Positions 13,263-26,732 are shown, counted from the stretch's first letter. The stretch: DNA of 64,000 bases from Octopus vulgaris (GCA_951406725.2 OX597815.1:177630001-177694000), one strand, 5' to 3'. Translations and numbers: made by a program. Notes: a model not told the origin generated them from the letters alone.

Positions 13263-15678
13263 TACACATGTGTGCGTATATATACATATATACATACACA
13301 TATATATATACATATATATGTATGTATGTATATATATATATGTATATATATACACAGACATAGAAAGAATTGTATGTATGTGTATGCGTGTTGGAGGCCA
13401 CACTTGTCCCATTATAGAGTAAAATTAGTACAGCATCATACCATTGGTGCGGAAATGTTTAGACTTTCTTTCAAGCATTTGCAATTATTGTATTCACAAT
13501 ACCATCAATACAAAACACTATGATATGGCTGATATATGAACAACTCCTGTCGGGGGTATTTCCTCAGTTGATCTGCTTACTGGAAATGTTGCTGCCTTCA
13601 ATGTTATGATTATTATCCAGTTCTCGAATGCAGCTGGATTACCAAAAATAGCCATGGAATGATTTGTTACACAATTCACAATACTTCCAGCATTATGAAA
13701 TGTCAGCAAATTGATGTTTGGAAATAGGAGAAGCATTATTTAATTGGCAAATACCATAATATCTGCTTTTATTAATTGTACATGTGTCAATTATTATTCC
13801 TCAAAAACAATTTGAATATCAAATCAACCTCAGACATTTGCGAGGTATAGATATGGAGGTCTTCAAAAAGCGCCTGGACAAATAATTCTTATGTGATACT
13901 AGAGGAAGCCACAATGCGACAGGTGGCAGAAAGCAGAGCAGCTCCGTTCGTCGCGATACTTCTCCACAAACAGTAGCGGAAAGAGAGCCAATCAAACTGA
14001 AATGCAGTCCTTCAGTTTGGCTGCAACCTCTTGCTGAAACCAGACAAAAACATAACTTAAATGTTCAACCAGAACGCATTCGTTGGAAATTTGATTGGAG
14101 CTGATTCAATGATTCTTCAGTGATCAATCGTTCCTTTCTAAGTTAATATCGGGAGTGATTAATATCAGGTCAGGTATACCTCAATTATTTTCATGGAATC
14201 AATATTTGAACTTACGTTCCTTGAAATCCAAGATATTGGCAAGGTGTTGCCAATATGAGCTTACTTTTAACAACCTGAGCTTACTTTTAACAAAGCTGTC
14301 ACCGGTTTGGTGATCGCTGTATGAAACCTTTTCTTTCGCAGGTAACAACTCGGAATCGTTCAGAACTGTGATCGGTTACGTCCGCTATCTTACCAGATAC
14401 TTTCCGCTGCTTTGAGTATTATATCGTATTATTATACATTAAACACTTCACTGACCGTCCACAAAGCGCCATAACCCGACTCCATGGAGTGTTGGAAGCC
14501 TTGCACGCACATCTTATTCGTGCTATTCAGATTCACAGATTCTGTCTGAATCACCATTCTCATACCTGTTTCATTATAGAAATATCACCTTATACACTGC
14601 CACACGTACAAACACACACACATATACATCTACCGAACCAATACATACGACATCATCTCTGAGTGTTGTAAACCAAACATGAAATTTCTTCACCCACTCG
14701 AACTTTAAATTATTTTACACACATGTCGTGTTATTCTCCTACACATGTCACGCATAAAGGTCTGGAGTTTTTTTTTACACTTCTCTGCTTAAAAATAAAA
14801 CACAATATTTAAAGCCATTACTTTGTGTCAACCATTCGAGCATGATCCACCTTTGGATCAAAATACTTTTCTCTCTCCTTATATTTTTTCTTCAATCATG
14901 ACAGGAAGCGTTATTCACTTTGCCTTCCTCTTCAATGTAGAATATATTCACTTTGGACTTGTTTCTTACTTCCTTATTTTTTGTCGTTGTTTTCTTTTTT
15001 TTTTTACTACTTCACATCTGGATATCAGTGAAACATTTTATCTCCGCCACCTTAATTCTATGCATAATATTGTTACCTACCGATCCCAGCAAATTTCGAT
15101 TCAAACTATTTTCAAAGACATTTCAGTGCACCAACACAAGCATGCACTAACGCACGCACACTCACAATTAAACACGTGAATATATAAACCATATAAAGTC
15201 GGGAGGCATGAGAGGTGAATACATTTATTTAACTACTTACCTACCCTGTGCTTACGCCTGTTGCATCGTGTAATAATGATTTCATTCGATAATTAATTAT
15301 GCTTATATGCCTGCATAATATAGCCGCTACGCATTATGCAATAAAATTGTATATTTGCAAATCAGTGCAGATAAAGTAAACTAGATCATCAGATCACCAA
15401 AATACTATGGTTACAATAATGCTACGACACTCATTATATGGGGAAATTTTTCATTTTATACATAATATGCTTGTGAGAAAGACACTAGATAAAATTATCT
15501 TGATATGGTCACCAAACATAGATATAGTTTGTTTCATATCAATTAATTCTTTCTATCAAATTTAAAGTCATTCACCACCTTTAACGTTAATAAAAAGTAG
15601 GAAGGGATAAGACAGGAAGTAAAGTAGTTATAGTAAATAATACTGTTTTTAAAAAGTATACAAAATAAAAATATAATA

Positions 15679-16866
15679 TTAGGTTATCCCATAAGTAATG
15701 TGTTTTTTCAATTGCATGAAATAAAAGTCAGAGGGGGACGGGATAAAGTAGCTGCATCAATTTGCTATAAAAGTAGGAAGTAATTTTTACCTTGTACTTA
15801 TCCTTAGTGCACGTTTTGAAGAGTGCAGTTCGATTTTAACAGCTAATTTTTCAAAGCTACAATGGAAGTGACAAAGACGCATATTTTGGCATATTTTGCT
15901 TTACGAGTTCAATAAAGGCAACCACGGAAAGTGCGAGGAATTTTAATGCAGTATATGTGGTCGGGCAATAAGCGTAAGCCAGTGACAACGGTGGTTCTAG
16001 AATTTCCGATCCTGAAATTAGCAGACGTCCTGAAAAGACTGAGGAAACAAAATCTCATCTTAAATGTTGAGGAACTAGCTGAGAAGCTTGGATTTGATCA
16101 GTCAACTATTCATCGACGCATTCGTGCCATCGGAATAGTCAACAAATTGGCTCAATGGGTTCCTAAATTTTCCGAGTTAATCATGTGCAGAGAACAAATT
16201 CCTGCTCTTCTTTGCTTCCACGTCTCACGAATAGTGACTGAAGAGAAATGCGTTCTCTATAAAAATGTCAAGGGACAGGAGTAACACCGGCACTCCCGGC
16301 TACAGAAAGTCCTCCCCCACGTAAGGTGTTGTTATCTGTTTGGTGAGATATGAAATGTTTAGTTCACTTTCAACTTTTAAACCAAAACCAAACGATAACA
16401 AAGATCCACTGCAAGTAGTTTGAGCGTTTTAAGTCACCGATAGAAGGAAAAATACTATCTTTGGTTTCAAGACGAAAGGTGTTCTCTCCATCGTGATAAT
16501 GATCGGTCAGAGTCAGCGAGGATGACATCCCAAAGAATGGAGCAGTTTCGATGGGGAACGATGCTCCACCCACCATATCCGTTGGACATTGTCCCATCTG
16601 ATTATCATTCCGCAGTCTTCAAAATCATTTGGACGGAAAAAATATGAATTGTGTAGACGAGATCAGAACAGTACTAGAGGAATATTTTTTGTCACGGACA
16701 AGTGAATTGTGGAAGAGGGTGGGCCTTGCAATTCTACCAGAGAGATGGAAGAGCTTTGAGGAAAATGAAGGAGAGTATATTTTAGATTAAAAAAGAACTT
16801 TGTTTACCTTAATTTTGAAAAATAAAAGAAGTATAAAAACTGCGCATTATTTATGGGATGACCCAA
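15679..16866 (+). mobile_element. Full-length decayed mariner (D,D34D-type) with TIRs and TA target duplication
   Basis: TA|ttaggttatcccataagtaatg ... cattatttatgggatgacccaa|TA. The internal transposase carries WVP, VT(G)DEK-like and HPPY..D..PSDYH motifs. Confidence 0.92.
15862..16790 (+). pseudogene. Mariner transposase pseudogene
   Basis: MEVTK..HILLYEFNKG start, ELAEKLG..STIHRR..LAQWVP, HPPYPLDIVPSDYH, and an EGEYILD* end. Frameshifted. Confidence 0.88.
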
Positions 16867-17438
16867 TATAAACGAATGCGATAGGAAACAGACATTTCGA
16901 GATATAAAGAAGAGAGATAATTAAATAGCAGTTATCACCAACATGTGAAAAGACCTCAGGAGGATTGGTGTTGCTATAGTTCTATTTTAATGAACTGTTG
17001 TGGCACCAAAACAAAATTCACATTAACATAGAAGATCATAAACATAAGCATTAGTATAAAAAAAGGACACAACAAACTCACTCAGCTGTATACTCTTACA
17101 CCAAATAATATAAGTACAGACTGCACGAGGACAAACATTAGAGCAAGCACACAATAGACGCACACGCATACACACACACACACACCTAGATATGTATAAA
17201 AGAACAGAAATACAGAGAACAATATAAATGCAAACACGCCTGTTTGCTATACAAATTGAAATACACATATATGCTTTTTAACAGATATACATGTATATAT
17301 ATATATATGTATATATTTTACACTTTGGTTTTGTGGTGAGTTTTTTCTTGAGAACACATTCTTCGTGGAAAATAACGATTTTGACGTCTATATCTAGCAT
17401 ATTAACCGTCCAATTTTAGTGGTCAGTCCTTTAAATGT

Positions 17439-17493
<55 letters not shown>

Positions 17494-17498
17494 TTATA

Positions 17499-18615
17499 CT
17501 AGCATTAAAGACCCGTCGTTGCCGGGTCATAATGCTAGGGCATGTATATATGTGTATATATGTGTACATATTACATGTACATCTATATATATACATCTAC
17601 GAATAAAATACAAAATAGAAAGTTATATCTTGATGTCGCTAGTGATAACAATACTCAAAATATATAACAGACTGGAATTGTTAGCCCGTCTCTTGTAATT
17701 TCGATCAATTGTATCTTGTCCTCCCTCTTGTATAGAAGTGTGTCTACAATCCAGCCTACCTCTACTTCCTTGGGGGGGCATTTTAATTTTTTTTCCGGGA
17801 CGTCCTACGTCCCGGATATAAAGGTGAAAATAAAATATTTCCACTTTGCAAGTTCGAGTCGAGTACTCCCTTGCACGCTCCGTTGACTGGAACCTTGCTT
17901 CTATTGTGACAAATTTACCGCCTCTGATTAGATACCTTTCGTAGTCGCACCAACACACTTTTCGAAGGTGCTTTCATCCATGTGTTCAAATCCTTTTTTT
18001 CTACATTGTATACTTTATAGACAATAGTCTTTTCTTTAATTTAATTTTTTATTATCCATCTGGACTATTCCATTTCTGCACGCTAATTTTATTTTTAATT
18101 TATTCCTATTCATGTGAAACCACTTATTCAAGTTCAAATCATTGATGCAATTTTATACCATTTGCTATTTTTTACTTTTGTCATGTTACTTTAGTTTGAT
18201 TTTTATTATTACTTACTACATATAATTCAATTGATATTATTATTTTTATTGTTAAAGTGAAAGTATCTGACATAAAATAGAGGAACGTTTTTGTTTCACT
18301 TTTAACACGTAATACTGAAATAGTGGAGAAGATATGATATTGCTATGGGCTCGCTCTAGGCAAGAAGTTGAAAATTTTTTTACCCATGAAACTACGTGGA
18401 CCCTAAGTAAGGCATATGTAAAATTTGAATGGAATTGGTTGTGTAGTTCTCAAGTTTTAGGGAATCGTAGTGGAGAAGATATGATATTGCTGTGGGCTCG
18501 TCCTAGGCAAAAAGTTCAAAATTTTTTTGCCGATGACACTCCCCGGACCCTAAGTAAGGCATGTGTAAAATTTGAATGAAAGTGAATGTGTAGTTCTCAA
18601 GTTTTAGGGAAACAC

Positions 18616-18664
<49 letters not shown>

Positions 18665-18714
18665 TGGACAGACAGACAAACAGACACACATGCTCAGTTT
18701 TATATATATAAAGA
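17499..18714 (-). mobile_element. Non-autonomous Helitron (5'-TC ... hairpin-CTAG-3', A|T target)
   Basis: Minus strand starts A|TCtttatatatataaaac followed by (CTGT)n, and ends gacccggcaacgacgggtc tttaatgCTAG|T. Contains an internal 2x ~147-bp tandem repeat. Confidence 0.85.
18321..18611. repeat. Two-copy ~147-bp tandem repeat inside the Helitron
   Basis: tagtggagaagatatgatattgct...gtagttctcaagttttagggaa at 18321 and 18468. Confidence 0.9.
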
Positions 18715-19788
18715 TATATATATATATACATGTAATGGAATTATCTAAGAATTAATGCAGAAATGTACCGTAGGTCATTTTGGCATATGGATTTATTTCC
18801 ATTAACCAATAAATTTACACTCTAACTTATAACCCATATCTAGTTTTTCCCATATGCAACCATCTGGTTATATGCGTTTACATATGTACACGTACACACC
18901 CATACGAACGTGTATACGTACGAGTAAGGGTGTGCATGTATGCACACATGTGGGTATATGTAAACATTTATACACATGCTAAATTTAGATAACTGCACAT
19001 GTAGGAACGATGATACACGAGAATTTTATTTGTAACTTATACATATATATATACATCTTCACATAAATACTTTCTCAGAATAATTAACACTGCTATTTCC
19101 TTAATTCTTAATTCTTCATATATTTGCCTCACATTTAAAAGCTACTACTACACTTAGTGCTTCCTCTACCTCTTAACACCCCCATTCCTCTATCTTTTAT
19201 ACTATAATACCTTTCTCTCTCTATCCCCACTCCTACTTTCAAACTACCTCCACTGGCCACTGACCAACCTATATCTTAATTTTTCTTTTTTTCTTTTCCT
19301 AAATTCTCTTTATTCATACCTTCAGGGGTTTTATTTATTCTTTATTTTTATTTTTACTAATCTTTTCTCTTCTTTCTCTTTAATTCCCTCTTTCTCTCCT
19401 CCTTTCATGTCTTTTTTTTTTTTGTCATTCCTCTCTTCCTATTTCCAATTTGACCAAACTAATACACTCCCTATTTCTAGGTCGGTTTAAGCACAAACAT
19501 CGAATCTGCTACATTCTATATAAATTCCCTACTGGGAATGACCAACTTTAAGAGAATCTTACATTGCTTATAAACTTTACATTTGGATGGACTCATATTA
19601 AACTCTGTTGGACTTTTGGATTTTACTCAAAGGGCTTTGGAATAATACACATATATACCATTATGCCTATAAAACGGATTTATGAACTCAATAACCTTAC
19701 ATATATTACATCTATTTTCTTTCCTCTACCTCACTCTCTATTTATATCACATCGAAGCTAACTATGACCTAACTTTTCCTCTCACACC

Positions 19789-19843
19789 GTCTCTGATGAA
19801 GGGATATTATTATTAATTAATATTCTAGAAACAGCTGTAAGAC
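19789..19843 (+). ncRNA. Type-I minimal hammerhead ribozyme, canonical core
   Basis: gtct-CUGAUGA-a gggatatta..taatattct a-GAA-ACAGCUGU-A^agac. Palindromic stem III, GUA cleavage triplet. Confidence 0.85.
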
Positions 19844-20057
19844 CTTCTATCTATAAATGCTCTAATATCTATACAGCCTCGGTTATTATCTCATTAAGCA
19901 AAAAATTCATATATACACACGTTGACATAGAACCAACGTTAAACCCTTTATTCGCAATATTACCGAATCTGGAACTTAACTATGGTCTGTCTATAGCACT
20001 TATTCAGCATTACCTGACACCTTTGGGTCTCAATGGCACCATTATCTCCTATATATG

Positions 20058-20119
<62 letters not shown>

Positions 20120-20278
20120 TGAGAAGGTTGGTGTGTGAAAGCACGTGGTTGGATATATAGAAAATAGAAAAGAGTGAAAAAACTACAGAAGGCTTGTTTT
20201 ATAAGGTTAAAGAATATATTTAAGTCATTATGTTAGAAGAATGTTATAAAATTTTTCATATAGTAACATAGTTTTTGA

Positions 20279-20315
20279 AGAAATTACCGGTTTCGTGTTA
20301 ACTTTTCAAATTTCT
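20279..20315 (-). ncRNA. Hammerhead motif with U3-A8 core (inverted copy)
   Basis: Minus strand: agaaat-UUGAAAA-gt taac ac-GAA-ACCGGU-A^atttct. Confidence 0.7.
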
Positions 20316-20337
20316 CAAATGTCTTTACCTACATCGT

Positions 20338-21774
20338 TTCCGGAAGAAATACCAAAAAGTATCAGTAAAGAATTCATTACTAAATCGGTTGAATTCATCC
20401 AACAAAATAACCACTTCATGTTTGACAATACATTTTACCGTCAAAAGTCCGGAATTGCTTTGGGTACAAGGGCAGCACCAGTCATTGCGAACCTAACAAT
20501 GGGCTACCTGGAAATAATTGTATACCAGGAATCTTTATCGACCTTTGGAAACCCCCTTTCTCAATACATAAAACAGAACTGGAAAAGATTCCTGGACAAT
20601 TGTTTATACTCTGGAATGAAAACACACATAAACTCCTAAAATTCAAAAACCTATTGAACAGCATCAACCCAAATATACAGTTCACAATGGAATACAACCA
20701 AAAGGAGCTTCCATTCTTAGATATACTAATTAAAAAAATTAACCTTAAAATAGAAACAGACATTTTTTACAAAGCCACAGACGCCAAACAATACCTACTT
20801 TTTGATTCATGCCACCCAAGACACACTAAAACAAACATCCCTTTCAACCTTGCAAGAAGGATATGCACAATAGTGTCAGAACAAAATACTAGGAACTCTA
20901 GACTACAAGAACTCAAAAACACCCTAATTGACATACACTACCCAGTTCAACTCATAGAGAATGGTATCAGACGTGCAACAGAAATCGACATAGAAACTTT
21001 GAGAAAAGTTCAACACAACAACACACCTTCCCCGAAAATACTGCCTTACATATCCACATACAACCCCAGAAACAAAGAAGCCTTCACCATCATCACCCAT
21101 AATTTACCAATACTTCATAAGGACCCCAAATTAAAGGAAATTCTAAACATACATAAAATCATTCAAAGCTACAAACAACCTAAATCACTGAAAAAGATTC
21201 TCACAAAGGCAAAATTGTTTTCTGAAATTACGGATGCAAAAGTAAAAAAAAATGTGGTAGACCAAACTGCGCAACATGCCCAAACTTTCTAGATGGCTCA
21301 GAATTCCTTTTCAAAGAGGGACAAAAATTCAAGATCAGATCTAATTTTACTTGTGCTTCTGAAAACATAATTTATGTCATAAGTTCCTCGGGCTGCCACC
21401 AAAACTACGTGGGGTCCACGGGATTATCACTCAGACGTAGATGCACTCTGCATCGACAACAGATTGCATTCCCAGAATACAGAATGATGCCCTTTAGTGA
21501 GCATATTGAGAAATGGACAAAGCAACTACTACCACAATTTTTAATATTTCCATTGTATCAATGTGCTATTGGAACACCAACACAAATTAGATTAAACAAG
21601 GAAACATTCTTCATTGAAAAATATAAGCCTAAACTTAACCATTCTAACATTCTTAAACAGAGAAACTCATCCGATTACATAAGGGAAAAGAAATATAAAG
21701 CGATTATCTCCCTTATACCGGAAGCAATCGTTTATTACCTCCCCCTACCTGGATCTCTTCTTTGCACTGCATAA
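20338..21774 (+). pseudogene. PLE reverse transcriptase C-half, Cys linker and GIY-YIG endonuclease (frameshifted)
   Basis: YRQKSGIALGTRAAPVIANL, WKRFLDNC (DD changed to DN), LPFLDI, YL.FDSCHP, CGRPNCATC, NIIY...YVGST, LRRR..H, EH, KLN. Confidence 0.9.
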
Positions 21775-21808
21775 CGAAGACATGACACGGTGTAGGTAAA
21801 GACATTTG

Positions 21809-21845
21809 AGAAATTTGAAAAGTTAAAACGAAACCGGTAATTTCT
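21809..21845 (+). ncRNA. Hammerhead motif with U3-A8 core
   Basis: agaaat-UUGAAAA-gt taaa ac-GAA-ACCGGU-A^atttct. 6-bp stem I and palindromic stem III. Confidence 0.72.
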
Positions 21846-21982
21846 TCTAAAACTATGTTACTATATGAAAGATTTTATAACATTCTTCTAACATAACGAC
21901 TTAAATATGTTCTTTAACCTTATAAAACAAGCCTTCTGTAGTTTTTTCACTCTTTTCTGTTTTATATATATATATATATATA

Positions 21983-22152
21983 AAGTTAATCCAAACATGA
22001 AAACACAAAGAGAAAACACAACAACGCGAGGACGTGGAACAAATATAGTATTATTGGACGCTCAGGAAGGAAGGGAAGAAGGAGGCTCGTACGTTTCGAG
22101 CGGAGCTCTTCGTCAGAAACATAGGAAAGGGAAAGATCCAGAGAAGGGAAGA
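21983..22152 (-). mobile_element. Solo PLE pseudo-LTR-like fragment with hammerhead (22084-22120)
   Basis: Minus strand: gttt-CUGACGA-a-gagc tcc gctc-GAAA-cgUA-cgagc. Canonical core, imperfect stem I. Shares cgctcaggaa with 11810. Confidence 0.72.
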
Positions 22153-22549
22153 CATGCATGCATATACATACATGCCAGAATAAAGGCATATATATGCACA
22201 CACCTATACACATACGCATCTACCTGCGTACTAATATATGCATGCACATATAACTTTCTTAACATAACAAATATGTATACCGGTTTATATAAAAAGCGAA
22301 TGGAAATGAATATAGAGAAGGTCCACAATGCTGTAAAGTAAAACAAAAAACAAACTTGCATTTGTTAGAATCTGCCGACTGCATTATGAAAATAAGTTGG
22401 ATGAATCATGTATAATATTTTAATGAAATAATATCTCAGGTAGAGGCAACCAAGGGTACATAGAAGATTAAAGGTGCAGAATTGGAGAATCGTATAGCAA
22501 TTAGAGACTAGCAACTTCAATAAGACGTACAAAAAAATGTTCACACATT

Positions 22550-23900
22550 AAATATATAGACTGCAATGTCATACGTTACTTTTTAATGCTGGCTTTTTTG
22601 AAAGACGCCGGCACAATTTATAGACTGTATATTTTTTATGGTATCGTCTCATGAGATCAGTGTAGATATTATAAGAGGAATTTGAGTAAACGTGATTTGA
22701 TTTTATGATATACAAATTTAAATGTTAAACTATGAAAGAAATAGTTTTCTATCTTTCATGTTCTATGAAGCCATGCAATAACGTTTTCAAGATATGAATG
22801 CCAATTGTTGCTTATGTGAGAAAGCTCAAGGCACAATATTCATGATGTAATCTCATTCCAGGATCTTACTTTTGCGTCTATGCAAAATAACACGAAACCT
22901 GTTACAGGAGAACACCCTTTGAATGTGATGCAGTCTGGGAAACTGCATTAAAATGGTTGCAGTGTCTTGCTATCGAAGCACGAAGAGAAACCATTTTTGC
23001 TTGTTTACCATCCGATCGGTGGCAAATTTAGCAGTCACCAGGAAAGTATGACGGAAAACATATTGCATCGTGTTCTACAGGAGATAAGCAACCACATTAA
23101 AAGATTGCGTGTGGTGTGTACAACATCCATAATAATCCTCATAGCATACAGTGTGCAACTCATAGTTGGCCAGAATCATGAATATTATGTACTGTCAGCT
23201 CCTATCAATATTGCATGTCTAAATCATTATTGAGGGATCAATGTGTAACGAAATGTATATCCAACTACTTCAACATGCACACAGAGTGCGTTGCTCTTGC
23301 TTTGAGATTAATCCTTACACAAAAATTAAGAAATCAGTGACATCTCATTTAGTATGAATAGTGTTCACCGAAGCCTGTTGTAGCAGACGCAAACGTTTGT
23401 AATTGACCAACAATTGGTAAATACTTTGAAGTGCTTCAATATTTCACTGGCTTCATTAGGGTGTCCTGTCAGTTTACGTACTGGCAGCAAACCTACTCAT
23501 TCTGCATGAATCAACCACTGGAATTTACATGCAAGGACAACCTTATGCCCCATTTTCACAAAAGATGTCAGAGTCGATGACTGAAAGAGGTCCAGCAGAA
23601 TGGAGACAATAAATGCAAAATGCCGCATACACTTGCATTTAATTACCTGGATTTTTTCCTATGAAATCATTAAGATTATACGAATACCATTTGTTAAGAC
23701 ACGGTCCTACTCTCTCGTTAGTTCACACAATTCGTACACCCTTAGTTGCAACGTCTACGGCAAGGTATGGTTTGAGAGAATTCCTGAAAGTTGTATATAA
23801 TTAGTTATCAGAAGAAAATCTCATCTTCCATCCAACAGGAGATATTTCACCAGCCTGGCTTGCAATGATTTTTGAGGAATTTAGAGGTAATTGATGTATA
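22550..23900 (-). pseudogene. Second decayed Academ-like transposase relic (tentative)
   Basis: Minus strand: IRLSLHVNSSG (~23515-23548), GADST*..PTMSCTLYAMRII (~23130-23205; cf. ADNxD..T..GxxTxHxMGII) and AGVFQ (~22595-22612). Confidence 0.3.
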
Positions 23901-23997
23901 GTATTTGACATAGTGATCGGAAATGATCAAATATAAAAGAAGTAATAATGAAAGAATCCCCATCACATATCTAGACGTGTTAGTGAAAGTGTAGCCT

Positions 23998-24123
23998 TGG
24001 TTGCGGGTTCAGTCCCACTGCATGAGACCTTGGGCAAGTGTCTTCTGCTATAGCCTCGGGCCGACCAAAGCCTTGTGAGTGGATTTGTTAGACGTAAACT
24101 CAAAGAAGCCCGTCGTATATATG

Positions 24124-24168
<45 letters not shown>

Positions 24169-24420
24169 TTTGTGTGTGTGTATGTGTGTATGTATATATG
24201 TGTTTGTGTATCTGTCTTAGTCCCCCAACATCGCTTGACAACCGATGCTGGTGTGCTTACATCCCCGTAACTCAGCGGTTCGGCAAATGAAGATGATAGA
24301 ATAAGTATTAGGCTTACAAAGAATAAATCCTGTGGTCGATTTGCTTGACTAAAGGCGGTGCTCCAGCATGGCAACAGTCAAATTACTGAAACAAGTAAAA
24401 GAGTAAAAGATTAAAAGAGT
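23998..24420 (+). mobile_element. tRNA-derived SINE with internal (TA)n(TG)n, 5' end clipped
   Basis: B-box-like ggttcagtccc, body caagtgtcttct..ccgaccaaagccttgtgagtgg, tail gtgctccagcatgg...ctgaaacaagt followed by (aaaagagt)n. Confidence 0.85.
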
Positions 24421-24519
24421 AATCAATCCAAACGAATCTTTGAACGTGTCATCATAAATCTAAACCGGAAATTGGGCAAAGCAATAATGTAACTAACTCT
24501 ATTCAGCCTCTGCTGATTC

Positions 24520-24580
24520 TCCTCACTACCTTAACCACTGCGCCACAGGCCCAAGATTCTGAGTTCGATTCCAAGCAGTG
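24520..24580. other. tRNA-like SINE head with its A-box segment inverted
   Basis: A-box TGGCGCAGTGG on the minus strand (~24535-24545) and B-box GTTCGATTC on the plus strand (24563), directly followed by (TAA)n. Confidence 0.55.
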
Positions 24581-24615
24581 ATAATAATAATAATAATAAT
24601 AACAATGTTAATAAT

Positions 24616-24680
<65 letters not shown>

Positions 24681-24694
24681 TAATAATAATAATG

Positions 24695-24737
<43 letters not shown>

Positions 24738-24763
24738 TAATAATAATAATAATAATGATAATA

Positions 24764-25740
24764 AAGAAGGTGAAAATGATGGCAATGAAAAAAACGCACG
24801 AGCAATTGGCTGATAGGTGGGAGGAGAAACCTCTGCACGGCAAATATGTGACCCGTAGCAAACAAGCTGATGTTGACCAGAAGCAAACCCATCAGTGGCT
24901 ACGGAGCTCAGGGCTAAAAGCAGAGAGCGATGGTTTCATCCTGGCTGCTCAAGACCAAAGCCTATTAACCCGGACTACCAGGCCAATGTGATGAAAAATA
25001 GAGCAAACCCAAAATGCCGATTCTGCAACAACATGATTGAAACAGTGGACCACCTAATCTCTGGATGTAAAGTTTTAGCACCAGTGGAGTATAAATTAAG
25101 ACATGACAGAGTTGGCCAATATCTACACTGGCTAATAAGTCGGCATTACAATATCAAAACTGCCGACAAGTGGTATAATCACCACCCTGAGGCTGTAACT
25201 GAAGGAGAAATTGTAACCATTCTATGGGACTTTCCAGTACATACAGACCGAACCATCAAGGCCAATAAACCGGATATTGTTGTGAAAGACCAAAACAATA
25301 AAGTTTGCTTATTGATCGACATGAACATCCCCTGTGATCATAATATCTCGGCGAAAGAGTTTGACAAGCTCAGAAAATATAAAGACCTACTCATTGAAAT
25401 TGAGAAAATGTGGCATCTCAAGGCGGTTACAATACCAGTGATCGTAGGAGCACTAGGAATGATCAAGAAGGGAACCGAAAATTATATGAGAATGATCCCT
25501 GGCTTACCATCCCTGCAAGAAGTGCAAAAGAGTGTCTTAACTGGTACATCACACGTATTGAGAAGAGCATTGTCGATGTGAGAACTGTTGCTGCTCATGT
25601 ATTTTAATTTAAAAAAAAAAAATGAACGAACTGAGTTTGGTTTAATGGCCTACCAATATATACTATGAGTTTCTTTGCCCTAGGAGTCGGGAAGACACTC
25701 GGCAAGAAATGGAAGCAAATTTGAAAGAAGAAAAAAAAAA
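24764..25740 (+). mobile_element. 5'-truncated R4/Dong-type non-LTR retrotransposon in (TAA)n
   Basis: CRFC..HLISGC knuckle, RHD, PDIVV..LLIDM..KY RLE motifs. Near-identical to ~29785-30765. (TAA)n on both sides. Confidence 0.92.
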
Positions 25741-25789
25741 GTAATAATAATGATAATAATAATTATAATAATAATAATAATAATAATAT

Positions 25790-26460
25790 GACCCAGTTTA
25801 GCAACGGGGAAAATAACTCTCAAAGACTGGAACATCTACAATATCTTGTGATAAAATTATCTTCAAAATAAGTTAAGAAACTTACAAATTTACATATCTA
25901 CAGTTTTCAAACATACATTCGATCAGCTTTAAACACCTTAATACCCACAATTGCCTCTGTAAACATCCTTTTTTGTCTTCTCTCTAAAAACATCACGGTT
26001 TTCTTTTTGTGGACTTACAAAAGACCATCTTAAAACCTTAAATCTTTCTATGAAAATCTGACTTTTATATGCTTCCTCCCTGAATATTCAAATATAAATC
26101 TAAACATATACTTTTTATTGCAAAAACACACCTGTTCTTCTAACTGGACATACAAACATCTCTAGAAAAGTAAACTTCAACCTCCACAATATTACCTTAC
26201 ACGAAATATACAAACACTTTTTATTGCAATAACACAAACGCACATGGAAAAAAATAATGATGCTAAGATTCTCTCTGGTCGAACACAACTTTTCTATTCA
26301 CAAATAATACAGAACAGCCCTTCCTTAATTTTTCTTAAGGCTAGTAGTAGTAGACATTTGAACTTTTTTTGACCGATAGGACCCCACCTACCAAAAAACA
26401 CACAGAGTTCAGCCAACACAAACCTCACCTCGGCTCTTTAGATGTTAACCAAAAATGAAA
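25790..26460 (+). mobile_element. Very decayed PLE-like fragment
   Basis: HNCLCKHPFFC linker-like and FCGLTK (YIG-like) peptides at ~25945-26025, followed by a UTR-like tail. Confidence 0.3.
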
Positions 26461-26500
26461 GTATTATTTGACAGGCAAGAATTCTGGCGTTGAAGACAGC

Positions 26501-26580
26501 CAGCCAGACAACCACCCAGCCAGACAACCACCCAGCCAGACAACCACCCAGCCAGACAACCACCCAGCCAGACAACCACC
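26501..26580. repeat. 16-bp minisatellite, 5 copies
   Basis: (cagccagacaaccacc)5. Confidence 0.95.
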
Positions 26581-26682
26581 CAGCCAGCCAACGAGACAGA
26601 CAGACACTACTGTGATGGTGATAATGATAATAACAAGAATAACAATAAGATACTGCTGTGACTAGACATAAAACAATATCAT

Positions 26683-26732
<50 letters not shown>

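Larger units (their letters stand above)
20153..21968 (+). mobile_element. 5'-truncated Penelope-like element (Neptune-type) with inverted 5' terminal copy
   Basis: 20153-20337 is the reverse complement of 21788-21968. Internal RT, thumb and GIY-YIG coding. Flanked by (TA)n. Confidence 0.92.

Noticed and set aside
13850-14560. Mariner-like relic (TIR-like ggaggtcttcaaaaag); similar hint at 41050-41400
   Set aside because: No catalytic motifs or second TIR recovered.
17345-17390. UUGAGAA-cac..gtg-GAAA as a second U3-A8 hammerhead
   Set aside because: Stem I does not pair at the required register.
24520-24580. Genuine tRNA gene
   Set aside because: A- and B-boxes are on opposite strands; no cloverleaf or T-run terminator.
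26501-26580. CRISPR-like or regularly spaced array
   Set aside because: Contiguous 16-bp tandem repeat without spacers, in eukaryotic DNA.
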